63,448 nt of DNA from Bosea sp. 12-68-7 (GTDB lineage Bacteria; Pseudomonadota; Alphaproteobacteria; Rhizobiales; Beijerinckiaceae): assembly GCA_002279705.1 (NCBI GenBank), contig NCCO01000026.1:1-63448 (forward strand), read 5' to 3'. Below, in pieces: positions 38,295 through 48,293 of this stretch (its first letter is position 1; each line of letters begins with the position of its first letter). The notes beneath the pieces were generated by a model, which saw only the letters and a program-made list of their open reading frames with translations, did no database searches and was not told where the DNA came from. The translations under genes were made by a program, and so were the position numbers.

Positions 38295-39923
38295 TCACAT
38301 TGGCGCCATGAGATAGCGCGCGAGGCCGGCGGTCGAGGAATCATGGGCGTCGGCGGGTGCCTTGCCCTCGATGACCGGCAGCAGCGCCGTCGCCAGCTCC
38401 TTGCCGAGCTCGACGCCCCACTGGTCGAAGGCGTTGATGCCCCAGATCGCGGCCTCGACGAAGACGCGGTGCTCGTAAAGCGCGATCAGGCGGCCAAGCG
38501 TGAAGGGGTCGAGCCGGCGATAGGCCAGCGTGATCGAGGGGCGGCTGCCGGGGAAGACCTTGTGCGGCGCCAGGGCCTCGATCTCGGCGGCCGGGAGCCC
38601 CTGCTTCGCCAGCGCGTCGCGTGCCTCGTCCAGGGTCCGGCCCTTCATCAGGGCCTCGCTCTGGGCGAGGCAGTTGGCGAGCAGCAGCCGGTGCTGATGC
38701 GCCAGCTCCGGCTCATGGCCCTCGGCGGCGACCATGAACTCGCAGGGGATCGTGTCCGTGCCCTGGTGGATCAGCTGGTAGAAGGCATGCTGGCCGTTGG
38801 TTCCGGGCTCGCCCCAGACGAGCGGGCCGCTCGGCCGCTCGACGGGCGAGCCGTCCTTGCGGACGCGCTTGCCGTTCGATTCCATGTCGAGTTGCTGGAG
38901 ATAGGCCGGCAGGCGCAGCAGGCGCTGGTCGTAAGGCAAGATCGCCCGAGCCTGATGGCCGCAGATGTCGCGATGCCAGATGCCGATCAGGCCGAGCAGG
39001 ACGGGCAGGTTTTGGGCGAGCGGGGCGGTGCGGAAATGCTCGTCCATCGCGTGGGCGCCGGCGAGGAAGGCACGGAAATGCGCCGGCCCGACCGCGATCA
39101 TCAGCGGCAGGCCGATGGCGGACCAGATCGAGTAGCGGCCGCCGACCCAGTCCCAGAAGCCGAAGACGCGATCGGGTGCGATGCCGAAGGCGCCGACCTT
39201 GTCGAGGGCCGTCGAGACCGCGGCGAAATGGGCGCCGACCGCGGCCTCGCCGAGAGCCGCGGCGATCCAGCGGCGCGCGGTTGCGGCATTGGTCATGGTC
39301 TCGACCGTGGTGAAGGTCTTGGAGGCGACGATGAAGAGGGTTCGCGCCGGGTCGAGCTTGGCCAGCGTGTCGGCGATATGGGCGCCGTCGGCATTGGAGA
39401 CGTAATGCAGCCGCGGGCCGTCATGATAGGGCGCCAGCGCCAGGGTCGCCATGGCGGGGCCGAGATCCGAGCCGCCGATGCCGATGTTGACCACATCGGT
39501 GAAGGGTGCGCCATCGGAGGCGGCGATCGTGCCGCCGCGCAGGCCTTCGGCAAAGGCCGCCAGCTTGTCCAGCGTGGCGTGAACCTCCGGCACCACGTCG
39601 TGGCCGTCCAGCAGCACGCGGGTGTCGGCGGGCGCGCGCAGGGCCGTGTGGAGGACGGCGCGATGTTCGGTGGTGTTGATCGCCGCGCCGGCGAACATCG
39701 CATCGCGCTGGCCGGCGAGACCCGTCGTCTCGGCGAGCGTCAGGAGCAGCGCGAGCGTCTCGGCCGTGACGGCGGTCTTCGAATAGTCGAGCAGGAGATC
39801 GTCGAGGCGGGCCGAGAACTGGGTGAAGCGGGTCGCGTCCTCGGCGAAGAGGGTCCGCAAGGGGCGGGCTTGCGTGGCGCGACGATGCGCGGCCAGCTGT
39901 GCCCAAATCTCGTCCTGCACCAT
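38295..39923 (-). CDS. pgi: Glucose-6-phosphate isomerase
   Basis: [11 protein letters not shown]; SKTFTTVET; [10 protein letters not shown]; [10 protein letters not shown]. Confidence 0.97.
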   Translation of the reverse strand: MVQDEIWAQLAAHRRATQARPLRTLFAEDATRFTQFSARLDDLLLDYSKTAVTAETLALLLTLAETTGLAGQRDAMFAGAAINTTEHRAVLHTALRAPADTRVLLDGHDVVPEVHATLDKLAAFAEGLRGGTIAASDGAPFTDVVNIGIGGSDLGPAMATLALAPYHDGPRLHYVSNADGAHIADTLAKLDPARTLFIVASKTFTTVETMTNAATARRWIAAALGEAAVGAHFAAVSTALDKVGAFGIAPDRVFGFWDWVGGRYSIWSAIGLPLMIAVGPAHFRAFLAGAHAMDEHFRTAPLAQNLPVLLGLIGIWHRDICGHQARAILPYDQRLLRLPAYLQQLDMESNGKRVRKDGSPVERPSGPLVWGEPGTNGQHAFYQLIHQGTDTIPCEFMVAAEGHEPELAHQHRLLLANCLAQSEALMKGRTLDEARDALAKQGLPAAEIEALAPHKVFPGSRPSITLAYRRLDPFTLGRLIALYEHRVFVEAAIWGINAFDQWGVELGKELATALLPVIEGKAPADAHDSSTAGLARYLMAPM

Positions 39924-40044
39924 CACGCTCCTGTTGGCCGCGACGCCCGAGGCGTCGCCGCTCCGGCAACCCGCCAAACATCCACGGGCTCCCGCCGTTC
40001 GGAATTGGGCGTTGGCGCGGATGGCTGCAAGCCCTGCCGCCCCA

Positions 40045-40815
40045 TCATGCGACACTCAGCCCGTTCACGCCATGGTGGCGGATGCGCTCGGCCACGAAGC
40101 CCGATGCCGTTGCCGATGCGATGAAACGGCCGAGCCAGGCCACGGCTTCTTCCGTCAGCCCATCCTGCCTGCGGGGGACGCCGATGGCCTGCTGGACCGC
40201 CATGAAGCGGCCCTCCAGCAGGCGCGAACCCGGCAGCGCGGCGGCATCGTCGACAAGCCGCATGCGCAGCCCGGCCAGAGCCTCCAGTCCGCGATCCCGG
40301 AATTCGGCGAGCGTCTCGTCCATGGTGGCGGTCCGCTGGATGTCGGCATGGCGGATGTTGCGGTCGAGCCAGAGGCCATAGGCGGTTCCGCCCGTCACGG
40401 CGATCCGCACGCCGGGGGCGTCGACGGCGGCGATCTCGGTCAGAGGCGAGCCCGCGGGCACGAGATAGGTCGCCTCGATCTGCCCATAGGGCGCCGTGAA
40501 GGCAATGGTCTGCGCGCGCTGCGGCTCGGCGCCGATCAGGCCGATATCCCATTCGTCGCGCCCGGCCGCATCGGCCAGCAGGGCGGGCGAGGCGTAAGGC
40601 ACGCGTTGCAGCGCCACGCCGAGGCATTGCGCGATGGCCGCTGCCATGTCGGGCGAGACGCCGGCCGGGCCGCCATCGGCGGAGCGTGCGGAGACGAGAA
40701 GGAAATTGGAGAGGTTGATGCCTGCTCTCAGGACGCCGCGGGGAGCGAGCCGCTCGCGCAGGGCCGCAGAGACCGGCCCGGGATCGCCTTCGAACCTCAT
40801 GATGCTCTCCGTCAC
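40045..40815 (-). CDS. Amino-acid-type substrate-binding domain protein (orphan)
   Basis: [15 protein letters not shown]; EATYLV; DAPGVRIAV; no clear signal peptide. Confidence 0.8.
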   Translation of the reverse strand: MTESIMRFEGDPGPVSAALRERLAPRGVLRAGINLSNFLLVSARSADGGPAGVSPDMAAAIAQCLGVALQRVPYASPALLADAAGRDEWDIGLIGAEPQRAQTIAFTAPYGQIEATYLVPAGSPLTEIAAVDAPGVRIAVTGGTAYGLWLDRNIRHADIQRTATMDETLAEFRDRGLEALAGLRMRLVDDAAALPGSRLLEGRFMAVQQAIGVPRRQDGLTEEAVAWLGRFIASATASGFVAERIRHHGVNGLSVA

Positions 40816-40822
40816 ACGCCGT

Positions 40823-41347
40823 TCAGGCCGCGGCGAAGGGCGAAAACAGCGTCGCGACCTCGCGGTAGACACCCTGCTTGAAGGGGATGATCAGGGCGGG
40901 GGTCCGTTCCAGCCGCTCCCAGCGCCAGGCGTCGAACTCGGCCTTGTGGCCGCCGGCCGGCGTCGCGATGTCGATCTCGCTGGCGGGGCCCGTGAGCCGG
41001 AAGGCGAACCATTTCTGCGCCTGGCCGCGCCAGCGGCCCTTCCAGGCCTCCTTGCCGATATCGACGGGCAGATCATAGGCGAGCCAACCCGGCGCCTCGG
41101 CCAGGAGGGCGACCGAGGTGACGTTGGTCTCCTCCTGCAATTCGCGCGTGGCCGCCTGCAACGGAGCCTCGCCCTTGTCGATCCCGCCCTGGGGCATCTG
41201 CCATTCATGGCCGGGCGCGACGTGCTCGCGAAGGGACTGGTTGGCGCGCCGGCCGATGAAGACAAGGCCCTGCGCGTTGAAAAGGGCCAGCCCGACGCAG
41301 GGACGATAGCCTTCCGGCGGGGCCTGCGTCATCATGGCTGTCATCAT
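40823..41347 (-). CDS. rppH: RNA pyrophosphohydrolase (Nudix)
   Basis: YRPCVG; WQMPQGGID; ATRELQEET Nudix box; GQAQKWF. Confidence 0.93.
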   Translation of the reverse strand: MMTAMMTQAPPEGYRPCVGLALFNAQGLVFIGRRANQSLREHVAPGHEWQMPQGGIDKGEAPLQAATRELQEETNVTSVALLAEAPGWLAYDLPVDIGKEAWKGRWRGQAQKWFAFRLTGPASEIDIATPAGGHKAEFDAWRWERLERTPALIIPFKQGVYREVATLFSPFAAA

Positions 41348-42567
41348 CTGAGGGATCCGGTGGTCTTCGGGCTGCGCAGTCCGCGGGCGGCGCTGATCGG
41401 GACGAGAACGATGCCCTTGGCTTCGAGGGTCTGAATCCAGCGGGCGATCCGCTCGATCGAGACCGGCAGGGCGCTGGCGCTGATCACCGCGACGCCCTGG
41501 TCGCGGGCCATCGCCTCGATCGCCGCCAGTTCCTTGTCGATGGCCTCAGGCCGGGCGACGTTGTCGACGACGCGGTCGATCTTCAGCGCCGGGATCTGCG
41601 CACGCGCCGCCGAGGAGGCGAGCAGGCTGCGGGCCGAGGAGCCATCGTCGACGACCATGAGGCCGCGCCCGGCGAGCTCGCGCAGGATCGGCGAGAGCGC
41701 CGTCTCGTCGGAGGTCAGGCGACCGCCGAGAAAGTTGACGATGCCGACATAGCCGGTGAAGCGACCGAGCGCCCAGTGCAGGCGCTCGACATTGTCCGCC
41801 GATTTCGGACCGGTCAGCAGGGTGTGCGGGCCTGGATCGCTGTCGGGATAGTCGAAGGGCTCCATCGGCAGCTGCAGGAACACCTCGTGTCCCTCGCCGC
41901 GGGCGCGCTGCACGGTGCGATCGAGTTCGGTGCCATAGGGCGCGAAGGCGAGCGAGACCTGACCCGGCAGCTTCGCGATGGCGTCGCCCGTTCCGGTCGG
42001 GCTGATGCCGAGGCCGCCGACGAGGATGGCGATGCGTCCGTTGACCTTGCCGGCAGGGGGCGGTCCGGCCGGGCGGGCGTAGACCTGCGCCGGCGTCGCG
42101 CCATCCAGACCGATCTTCGGCAGCAGCCCGAAGCGCGAGCGCTCGACGAGCCGGCTGTCGGGCGCGGTGGCGAGCTTCACCGTGGCAGGGTTGTCGGGAA
42201 TCGTGATCACGATCGCGCCGGGAACGTCGGACCCGGGACGCACCACGGTGACGCCGGCTTCGCTCTCGAGCTGCCTTGCGCTCGATTGCGGGCGTGTGGT
42301 CGCAGCGGGGTCGGTCTGTGCGGCGACGGGGAGCCCCGAGGGCAGCGCGGAGGCCGGAGCGGCCCGCTGCTCGATCCGGGCCGTCGCCATGGGTTCGCCG
42401 CCGTCGGGATCGCGCCGGATCGCGAGGATAAGCAGGATCGACACCCAGACGAGGCCAACGAGCCCCGCAAAGCCAAAGGCGATCCAGCGCCCCCAGGGCT
42501 TGCCCTTCGACGCGGTCAGGCCCTGGCCGAGCGGCTTGTTGAGCTCAGTGAGCGGCGTTCCGGCCAA
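41344..42567 (-). CDS. Divergent polysaccharide deacetylase (YibQ-like)
   Basis: N-terminal TM; LAFAPYG; GHEVFLQLPMEPFDYP; DDGSS. Confidence 0.88.
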   Translation of the reverse strand: MAGTPLTELNKPLGQGLTASKGKPWGRWIAFGFAGLVGLVWVSILLILAIRRDPDGGEPMATARIEQRAAPASALPSGLPVAAQTDPAATTRPQSSARQLESEAGVTVVRPGSDVPGAIVITIPDNPATVKLATAPDSRLVERSRFGLLPKIGLDGATPAQVYARPAGPPPAGKVNGRIAILVGGLGISPTGTGDAIAKLPGQVSLAFAPYGTELDRTVQRARGEGHEVFLQLPMEPFDYPDSDPGPHTLLTGPKSADNVERLHWALGRFTGYVGIVNFLGGRLTSDETALSPILRELAGRGLMVVDDGSSARSLLASSAARAQIPALKIDRVVDNVARPEAIDKELAAIEAMARDQGVAVISASALPVSIERIARWIQTLEAKGIVLVPISAARGLRSPKTTGSLR

Positions 42568-42686
42568 ACGAAGCCGTCCTCAAGCTTGCGGCGGGGGCCC
42601 GAATCAGTGGCCCGCAAGGCAGGAGTCTGTCAGATTCCGACCTGATCAGACAGCGTCTCGCGCAGCTCTTCGTATCGTCCCCCGGT

Positions 42687-44018
42687 TCAGTTGGGTTTGG
42701 TCGCCGGAACCTGCGGAGCCGCGGCATCCTTCTTGACGCCACGGATCTGATTCAGGGCGGCGATCAGCTGTGTGTCCTTGGTCGGATCATTGGGAACATA
42801 GGAGGCCGAGCCGGACTGCTCGTCCTTGCCGTCGCCGGCCTTGAGGTGACCCTTCAGAGCCGCCTCGCCCTTGTTCTCGGCGAGCTTGTCCTTCAGCTCG
42901 GGCGGGATGTCCTGCACCACCTCGATATCCGGCGAGATGCCCTTGGCCTGGATCGAGTTGCCCGAAGGCGTGTAGTAGCGGGCCGTGGTCAGGCGCAGGC
43001 CGCCATTGCCGGCCAGCGGAATCACGGTCTGGACCGAGCCCTTGCCGAAAGAGCGCGTGCCCATGACGGTGGCACGCTTGTGGTCCTGCAGGGCGCCGGC
43101 GACGATCTCGGCCGCCGAGGCCGAAGAGCCGTTGATCAGGACGACGACCGGCTTGCCCTTGGTGAGGTCGCCCGCCTTCGCGTTGAAGACCTGCGTCTCC
43201 TCGGCGTTGCGGCCGCGGGTCGAGACGATCTTGCCACGCTCCAGGAAGGCGTCCGAGACCAGCACGGACTGGTCGAGGCGGCCGCCGCGGTTGTTGCGGA
43301 GGTCGATCACATAGCCCTTGATCTTGTCGATGCCGATGTCGGCATTGACCTTGTCGATCGCCTTGCGCAGGCCCTCATAGGTCTGCTCGCTGAAGGTGCC
43401 GATGCGGATATAGCCGACATCGGCCTCGACGCGTTCCTCGACGGCCGGGACCACAATGGTCGTGCGCGTCAGGGTGAACTCGAGCGGTTCGGGCTTGCCG
43501 GGGCGATCGACCTTGAGCTTGACCTGGGTGTTGATGATGCCGCGCATCTTCTCCACCGCCTGCGTCAGGGAGAGGCCTTTGACCTCCTGTCCGTCGATCT
43601 GGCTGATGATGTCGTTGGCCAGGATGCCGGCCTTAAAGGCGGGCGTGTCGCGGATCGGCTTGGCGACCTTGAGGACGCCGTCCTCCATCGTCACCTCGAT
43701 GCCGAGCCCGCCGAACTGCCCACGCATGTCCGTGTCCATGTCGCGGAACGACTTGGCGTCGAGATAGGAGGAGTGCGGATCGAGCGAGGAGACCATGCCG
43801 TTGATGGCGGCCTCGATCAGCTTCTGCTCGTCGGGCTTCTCGACATAGTCGGTGCGGATCTTCTCGAAGATGTCACCGAAGAGGTTCAGGCTGCGATAGA
43901 CCTCGGCGGAGGCCGCGACCGCGCTGGTGGAGGTCAGCAGGCGCGTCTGCGTGACCATGCCGGTCAGCCCCGCTCCGAGCACGGCTCCGGCGAAAACGAG
44001 AGAAACCTTGCGCATCAT
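42687..44018 (-). CDS. ctpA: Carboxy-terminal processing protease (S41A, PDZ)
   Basis: LDPHSSY; GQFGGLGIEV; DLRNNRGG; SASAAEIVAGALQD; SFGKGSVQ. Confidence 0.93.
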   Translation of the reverse strand: MMRKVSLVFAGAVLGAGLTGMVTQTRLLTSTSAVAASAEVYRSLNLFGDIFEKIRTDYVEKPDEQKLIEAAINGMVSSLDPHSSYLDAKSFRDMDTDMRGQFGGLGIEVTMEDGVLKVAKPIRDTPAFKAGILANDIISQIDGQEVKGLSLTQAVEKMRGIINTQVKLKVDRPGKPEPLEFTLTRTTIVVPAVEERVEADVGYIRIGTFSEQTYEGLRKAIDKVNADIGIDKIKGYVIDLRNNRGGRLDQSVLVSDAFLERGKIVSTRGRNAEETQVFNAKAGDLTKGKPVVVLINGSSASAAEIVAGALQDHKRATVMGTRSFGKGSVQTVIPLAGNGGLRLTTARYYTPSGNSIQAKGISPDIEVVQDIPPELKDKLAENKGEAALKGHLKAGDGKDEQSGSASYVPNDPTKDTQLIAALNQIRGVKKDAAAPQVPATKPN

Positions 44019-45385
44019 CCGCGAACCTTTTCGCCAAGCGGTTTCGTCCACCACGGCGCCGGATCGACCGACATGCCGTCTTTTCTGAACTCGATATACA
44101 GAACCGGCTGGCCGGTTCCCGAACCCACGATCGTCGCTGCAGCTTCCGACGTTTCGCCCATCACCGCAACCGGTTCTCCCGCGAGGACGAACTGGTTCAG
44201 CGCCACATCAATCCGCTGCATCCCGGCGAGCAACAGATAGTACCCCCCGCCGGCGTTCAGGATCAAGAGTTGCCCGAACGAGCGGAAGGGACCTGCATAA
44301 ACGACCCAAGCGTCCGAAGGTGCCGAAACTAGGGCGCCGGGCCGGGTTTCCAGCGAAATGCCGCGTGTCGTGCCGCCGGCGCCGTCCGCATCGCCAAATC
44401 CACGCAATTGTGATCCCGCCACCGGCAGCGGCAGCAGGCCGCGCGCTTCGGCGAAGGCGATCTTGGGGCTGAGGCGGGCGGGATCCCGGAAGGCCAGCGC
44501 CGCCATGCGCTGGCGTTGCTCGCGCGTTTCGGCCTCCAGGGCCTGCCGCGCCGCTTCGGCCGCCCGGTTGGCGACGGAAATCTCCTTTTCCATGCGCTCG
44601 ACGAAGTCGCGCAGGCTGCGGGCCTTGGCGGCGAGTTCGCCGTCCTGCCCCCGCTGCGCCTCGGCGTCGCGCGACGCGCTCGCCTCGCGCATGCGCCGCG
44701 CCTCGACCAGGGAGGCGAGGCGCTGGCGCTCGCCGGCGAGCCGCTCGAGCTCCCCGGAGATGGCCTTGCGCTCCCTCGCGATGCCCTCGCGCAGGCGGAC
44801 GAGTTCGGCGAGATCGGTCCCGAGGACCTCGATCTCCTGGCGCAGATCGGGCACGACGGCGCCCAGCAGCATCGAGGCGCGCACCGCCTCGAGGATGTCC
44901 TCCGGGCGCACCAGCACGGCGGGTGGCGGGCGCCGCCCGATCCGCTGCAGCGCGGCCAGCACCTCGGCGATGAGGCCGCGCCGCCCCTCCAGCGAGCGAC
45001 GGATGGCCGCCTCGCTGGACTGCGACAGCGACAGCCGCTGTTCGAGCCCGCTGACACGCTGCTCGGCCGCCTGGGCGCGGGCGGTGGTGTCGAGCAAAGC
45101 CTTGTTGAGGGCGGCGCGGTCGGCGCGAATGCCGGCGATCTCCGCCTCAAGCCGGGCCCGTGCCTCGGCATTGCCGGCGAGCCGCTCCTCGATCGTCTTG
45201 AGTTCGGCCTCCCGCGCCTGCTTCTCGATGAGCTTCTGCATCGCCTCCCGGGCCAGGACGTCGGGATCGGGTGCCTGAGCACGGGCGGCGGTCGGAGCCG
45301 CGGCGACCGAAAGCGCCAGCAGCAGCGCGCGCAGCAGCGGCGGGAAGCCGGCGGGTCTGCGAATCAGGGGCCGGGCGGCGCTCAT
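44015..45385 (-). CDS. envC: Murein hydrolase activator EnvC family (coiled coil + degenerate M23)
   Basis: Signal peptide, long coiled coil, VYAGPFRSFGQLLIL, LYIEFRKDG...DP. Confidence 0.88.
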   Translation of the reverse strand: MSAARPLIRRPAGFPPLLRALLLALSVAAAPTAARAQAPDPDVLAREAMQKLIEKQAREAELKTIEERLAGNAEARARLEAEIAGIRADRAALNKALLDTTARAQAAEQRVSGLEQRLSLSQSSEAAIRRSLEGRRGLIAEVLAALQRIGRRPPPAVLVRPEDILEAVRASMLLGAVVPDLRQEIEVLGTDLAELVRLREGIARERKAISGELERLAGERQRLASLVEARRMREASASRDAEAQRGQDGELAAKARSLRDFVERMEKEISVANRAAEAARQALEAETREQRQRMAALAFRDPARLSPKIAFAEARGLLPLPVAGSQLRGFGDADGAGGTTRGISLETRPGALVSAPSDAWVVYAGPFRSFGQLLILNAGGGYYLLLAGMQRIDVALNQFVLAGEPVAVMGETSEAAATIVGSGTGQPVLYIEFRKDGMSVDPAPWWTKPLGEKVRG

Positions 45386-45861
45386 GCGCGATGATAGGGG
45401 TGCCCGGCCAGGATCGTCATCGTCCGATAGAGCTGTTCGAGGACGAGGACGCGGACGAGCTGGTGCGGGATCGTCAGGGCGCCGAAGGCGAGCGTCAGCC
45501 CCGCAGCCGTGCGCAGCTCGGCCGCCAGACCGTCCGCCCCGCCGATGACGAGATTGACGGAGGCGGTTCCGGCATCGCGGGCGGCGCCGATCCGCGCCGC
45601 GAAGGCATCACTGCCGAGGCTGCCGCCGCGCTCGTCGAGCGCGATGACGAGGCCGGGAGACAGCTTCGCCGTGATCGCGGCCGCCTCGTCGCGCTTGCGC
45701 TCCTCGGCCCTGCGGCCGCGGCTTTCGGCGATTTCGACGATGTCGGGCCCGGTCAGTCCCAGTCCGCGCCCCAATGTCGCGGTACGCTCGCGGTAACGCT
45801 CGCAAAGCTCCCGTTCCGGCCCGTCCTTGAGACGGCCGACGGTGATCACGGCGAGGCGCAT
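45382..45861 (-). CDS. rlmH: 23S rRNA m3-pseudouridine1915 methyltransferase
   Basis: ALDERG; IGGADGL; PHQLVRVLVLEQLYR; GHPYHR. Confidence 0.96.
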   Translation of the reverse strand: MRLAVITVGRLKDGPERELCERYRERTATLGRGLGLTGPDIVEIAESRGRRAEERKRDEAAAITAKLSPGLVIALDERGGSLGSDAFAARIGAARDAGTASVNLVIGGADGLAAELRTAAGLTLAFGALTIPHQLVRVLVLEQLYRTMTILAGHPYHRA

Positions 45862-45876
45862 CGGCTGGGCCGCCCG

Positions 45877-46287
45877 TCAGCCGACCAGACGCTCGTTGGG
45901 CCTGTCGGCGCCCCACATCTTTTCGAGATTGTAGAACTGGCGCACTTCCGGGCGGAAGACATGGACGATGATGTCGCCGGTGTCGATCAGCACCCAGTCG
46001 CAGGCCGGCATGCCCTCGACCTTCGGCGCCGGCAGTCCGGAGCCCTTGATCGCCTCGACCAGCGCGTCGGCGATGGACGCGACATGGCGGTTCACGCGGC
46101 CGGTGGCGATGATCATCGCATCGGCCAGCGAGGTCTTGCCGACGAGGTCGATGACGGTGACGTCTTCGGCCTTCATGTCTTCGAGAACGTGCATTGCAAG
46201 GGCGATGCTGTCGGCGGAGGGGTTCTCCGGCACAGCGGCCTGGGGAAGCGGCTTGGGCTCGGCTTCGCCACGGGTTGAAGGGGTCAG
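45877..46287 (-). CDS. rsfS: Ribosome silencing factor (start codon uncertain, possibly CTG)
   Basis: LEDMKAEDVTVIDL; IATGRVNRHV; DWVLIDTGDIIVHVFRPEVRQFYNLEKMW. Confidence 0.93.
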   Translation of the reverse strand: MTPSTRGEAEPKPLPQAAVPENPSADSIALAMHVLEDMKAEDVTVIDLVGKTSLADAMIIATGRVNRHVASIADALVEAIKGSGLPAPKVEGMPACDWVLIDTGDIIVHVFRPEVRQFYNLEKMWGADRPNERLVG

Positions 46288-46357
46288 ATCCGTATCCTCA
46301 CGGGTTCGGGCGCTCCTGGCGCGATGCGATGCAAAATACGCCGTGTCGGCCTGAAAT

Positions 46358-46992
46358 TCAATCGCGTTCGGCCTGCTGGCGCAGCATCGTCGAGGAGAGC
46401 TCCGAGCGGCGGCCATGCAGGAAGACCCAGGCGGGCGGCTTCGTGAGGGCGAGCGCCGCCCCCTGGCTTTCCGAAATCCGCCAGCGCGAGAGCCAGTTGG
46501 CGGCCGGAGAGGCCACTGCGCTATGGGTCGATCCGGGTCGGTCGATCACCGCCATCGGCATCATCCGGGCGATGGCGCGCCATTCGTTCCAGCGATGGAA
46601 GCTGGCGAGATTGTCGGAGCCCATGATCCAGACGAAGTTCACGCCGGGGCAGCGGCGCTTCAGCGCGCGCAGCGTATCGGCGGTGTAGCGGGTGCGCAGC
46701 ATCGCCTCGATGCCGGTGACATGGATCTTGGCATGGTCGGCGAGCTTGCGGCCGAAGCGGATGCGCTGCGCAGCGCCGTGTTGTCCTTCAGCGGGTTGCC
46801 GGGGGTCACAAGCCACCAGATCCGGTCGAGCTGGAGCCGGCGCAAGGCGGTCAGACTCGCCATGCGGTGCCCGTCATGAGCCGGGTTGAAGGTCCCACCG
46901 AACAGGCCGATGCGCAGGCCGGGCGCATGCGGCGGCAGGCGCAGGTGTTCCATCGTCTCGTGGGGGCGCGGCGCCGCGGGATCGGTGGTCAC
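46358..46992 (-). pseudogene. nadD: Nicotinate-nucleotide adenylyltransferase, frameshifted near 46770
   Basis: Frame 1: [15 protein letters not shown]...[11 protein letters not shown]; frame 2: [12 protein letters not shown]...FVWIMGSDNL...SSTMLR. Confidence 0.88.
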
Positions 46993-48260
46993 GGGCGGAT
47001 CTGGCCGTTGCCGTGGACGCGGTATTTGAAGGAGCAGAGCTGCTCGACTCCGACCGGGCCGCGGGCGTGCATGCGACCGGTGGCGATGCCGATCTCCGCG
47101 CCGAAGCCGAACTCCCCGCCATCAGCGAACTGGGTCGAGGCGTTGTGCAGCACGATGGCCGAGTCGATCTCGGCGAGGAAGCGGCCGGCGGCGGCCGCAT
47201 CGGCGGTGACGATGGCGTCGGTGTGGTGCGAGCCATAGCGCTCGATATGGGCGATGGCTTCGTCGAGCCCGGCCACGACCTTCACCGCGATGATGCGGTC
47301 GAGATATTCGGTCGCCCAGTCCGCCTCGCTCGCCGCTTCGGCCCGGGCCGCCGCCGCCTGGGTGCGGGCATCGCCGCGCACCGCACAGCCGGCCTCGATC
47401 AGCGCCGTCACCAGCGGCTCCAGATGCGTCGCCGCGCAGGCCTCGTCGACCAGCAGCGTCTCGGCGGCGCCGCAGACGCCGATGCGCCGGAGCTTGGCGT
47501 TGAGCACGATCTCGCGGGCCATGGCGAGCTCGGCCGCGGCATGGACATAGACATGGCAGTTGCCGTCGAGATGGGCGAAGACGGGAACGCGCGCATCGCT
47601 CTGGACGCGGGCCACCAGGCTCTTGCCGCCACGCGGAACGACGACGTCGACGTTGCCGTCGAGGCCCTTGAGAATCGCGCCGACCGCGTCTCGGTCGCGC
47701 GTCGGCACGAGCTGGATCGCATCGCCGGGCAGGCCGGCCGCCTCCAGGCCCTCGCGCAGCGCGGCCGCAATCTCGGTCGCGGTGCGGAAGCTGTCCGAGC
47801 CCGCGCGCAGGATCGCGGCATTGCCGCTCTTCAGGCAGAGCGCGCCGGCATCGGCCGTGACGTTGGGGCGGCTTTCGAAGATCACCGCGATGACGCCGAG
47901 CGGCGTCGCGACGCGCTCGAAGCGCAGGCCGTTGGGCTCGACGGCCTCTGCCACCGCGGACAGGCGGCCGGGATCGAGCAGCAGGCGGTCGATGAAGGCC
48001 GGGGGCTGGCCGGCGGCCCGGGCCTCGGCGAGGTCGAGCGCATTGGCCGCGAGAATCGGAGCCTGACGGGCCCGCAGCGCCGCGGCCATGGCGACCAGCG
48101 CGTCATTGCGTTGCGCGGTGGGGGCGAGCGCGATCACGCGCGATGCGGAGCGGGCGCGCCGTCCGAGCGCACCCATGAGAGCGGCCAGATCCGGCACCCG
48201 TCCGTCCTCGCCGGCGGGCCTCTCGCTCGAGACCACGCGGAGCGCCGCTTCGCTCGTCAT
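46989..48260 (-). CDS. proA: Gamma-glutamyl phosphate reductase (apparent in-frame deletion near 47937)
   Basis: [15 protein letters not shown]; CLKSGNA; [10 protein letters not shown]; [20 protein letters not shown]; ARGPVG. Confidence 0.95.
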   Translation of the reverse strand: MTSEAALRVVSSERPAGEDGRVPDLAALMGALGRRARSASRVIALAPTAQRNDALVAMAAALRARQAPILAANALDLAEARAAGQPPAFIDRLLLDPGRLSAVAEAVEPNGLRFERVATPLGVIAVIFESRPNVTADAGALCLKSGNAAILRAGSDSFRTATEIAAALREGLEAAGLPGDAIQLVPTRDRDAVGAILKGLDGNVDVVVPRGGKSLVARVQSDARVPVFAHLDGNCHVYVHAAAELAMAREIVLNAKLRRIGVCGAAETLLVDEACAATHLEPLVTALIEAGCAVRGDARTQAAAARAEAASEADWATEYLDRIIAVKVVAGLDEAIAHIERYGSHHTDAIVTADAAAAGRFLAEIDSAIVLHNASTQFADGGEFGFGAEIGIATGRMHARGPVGVEQLCSFKYRVHGNGQIRP

Positions 48261-48293
48261 TTCCACCCTGCCAGACGCCATCTTGCCGCAACC

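Noticed and set aside
35828-40124. 734-aa and 675-aa plus-strand ORFs
   Set aside because: Antisense shadows of the molybdoprotein gene and pgi
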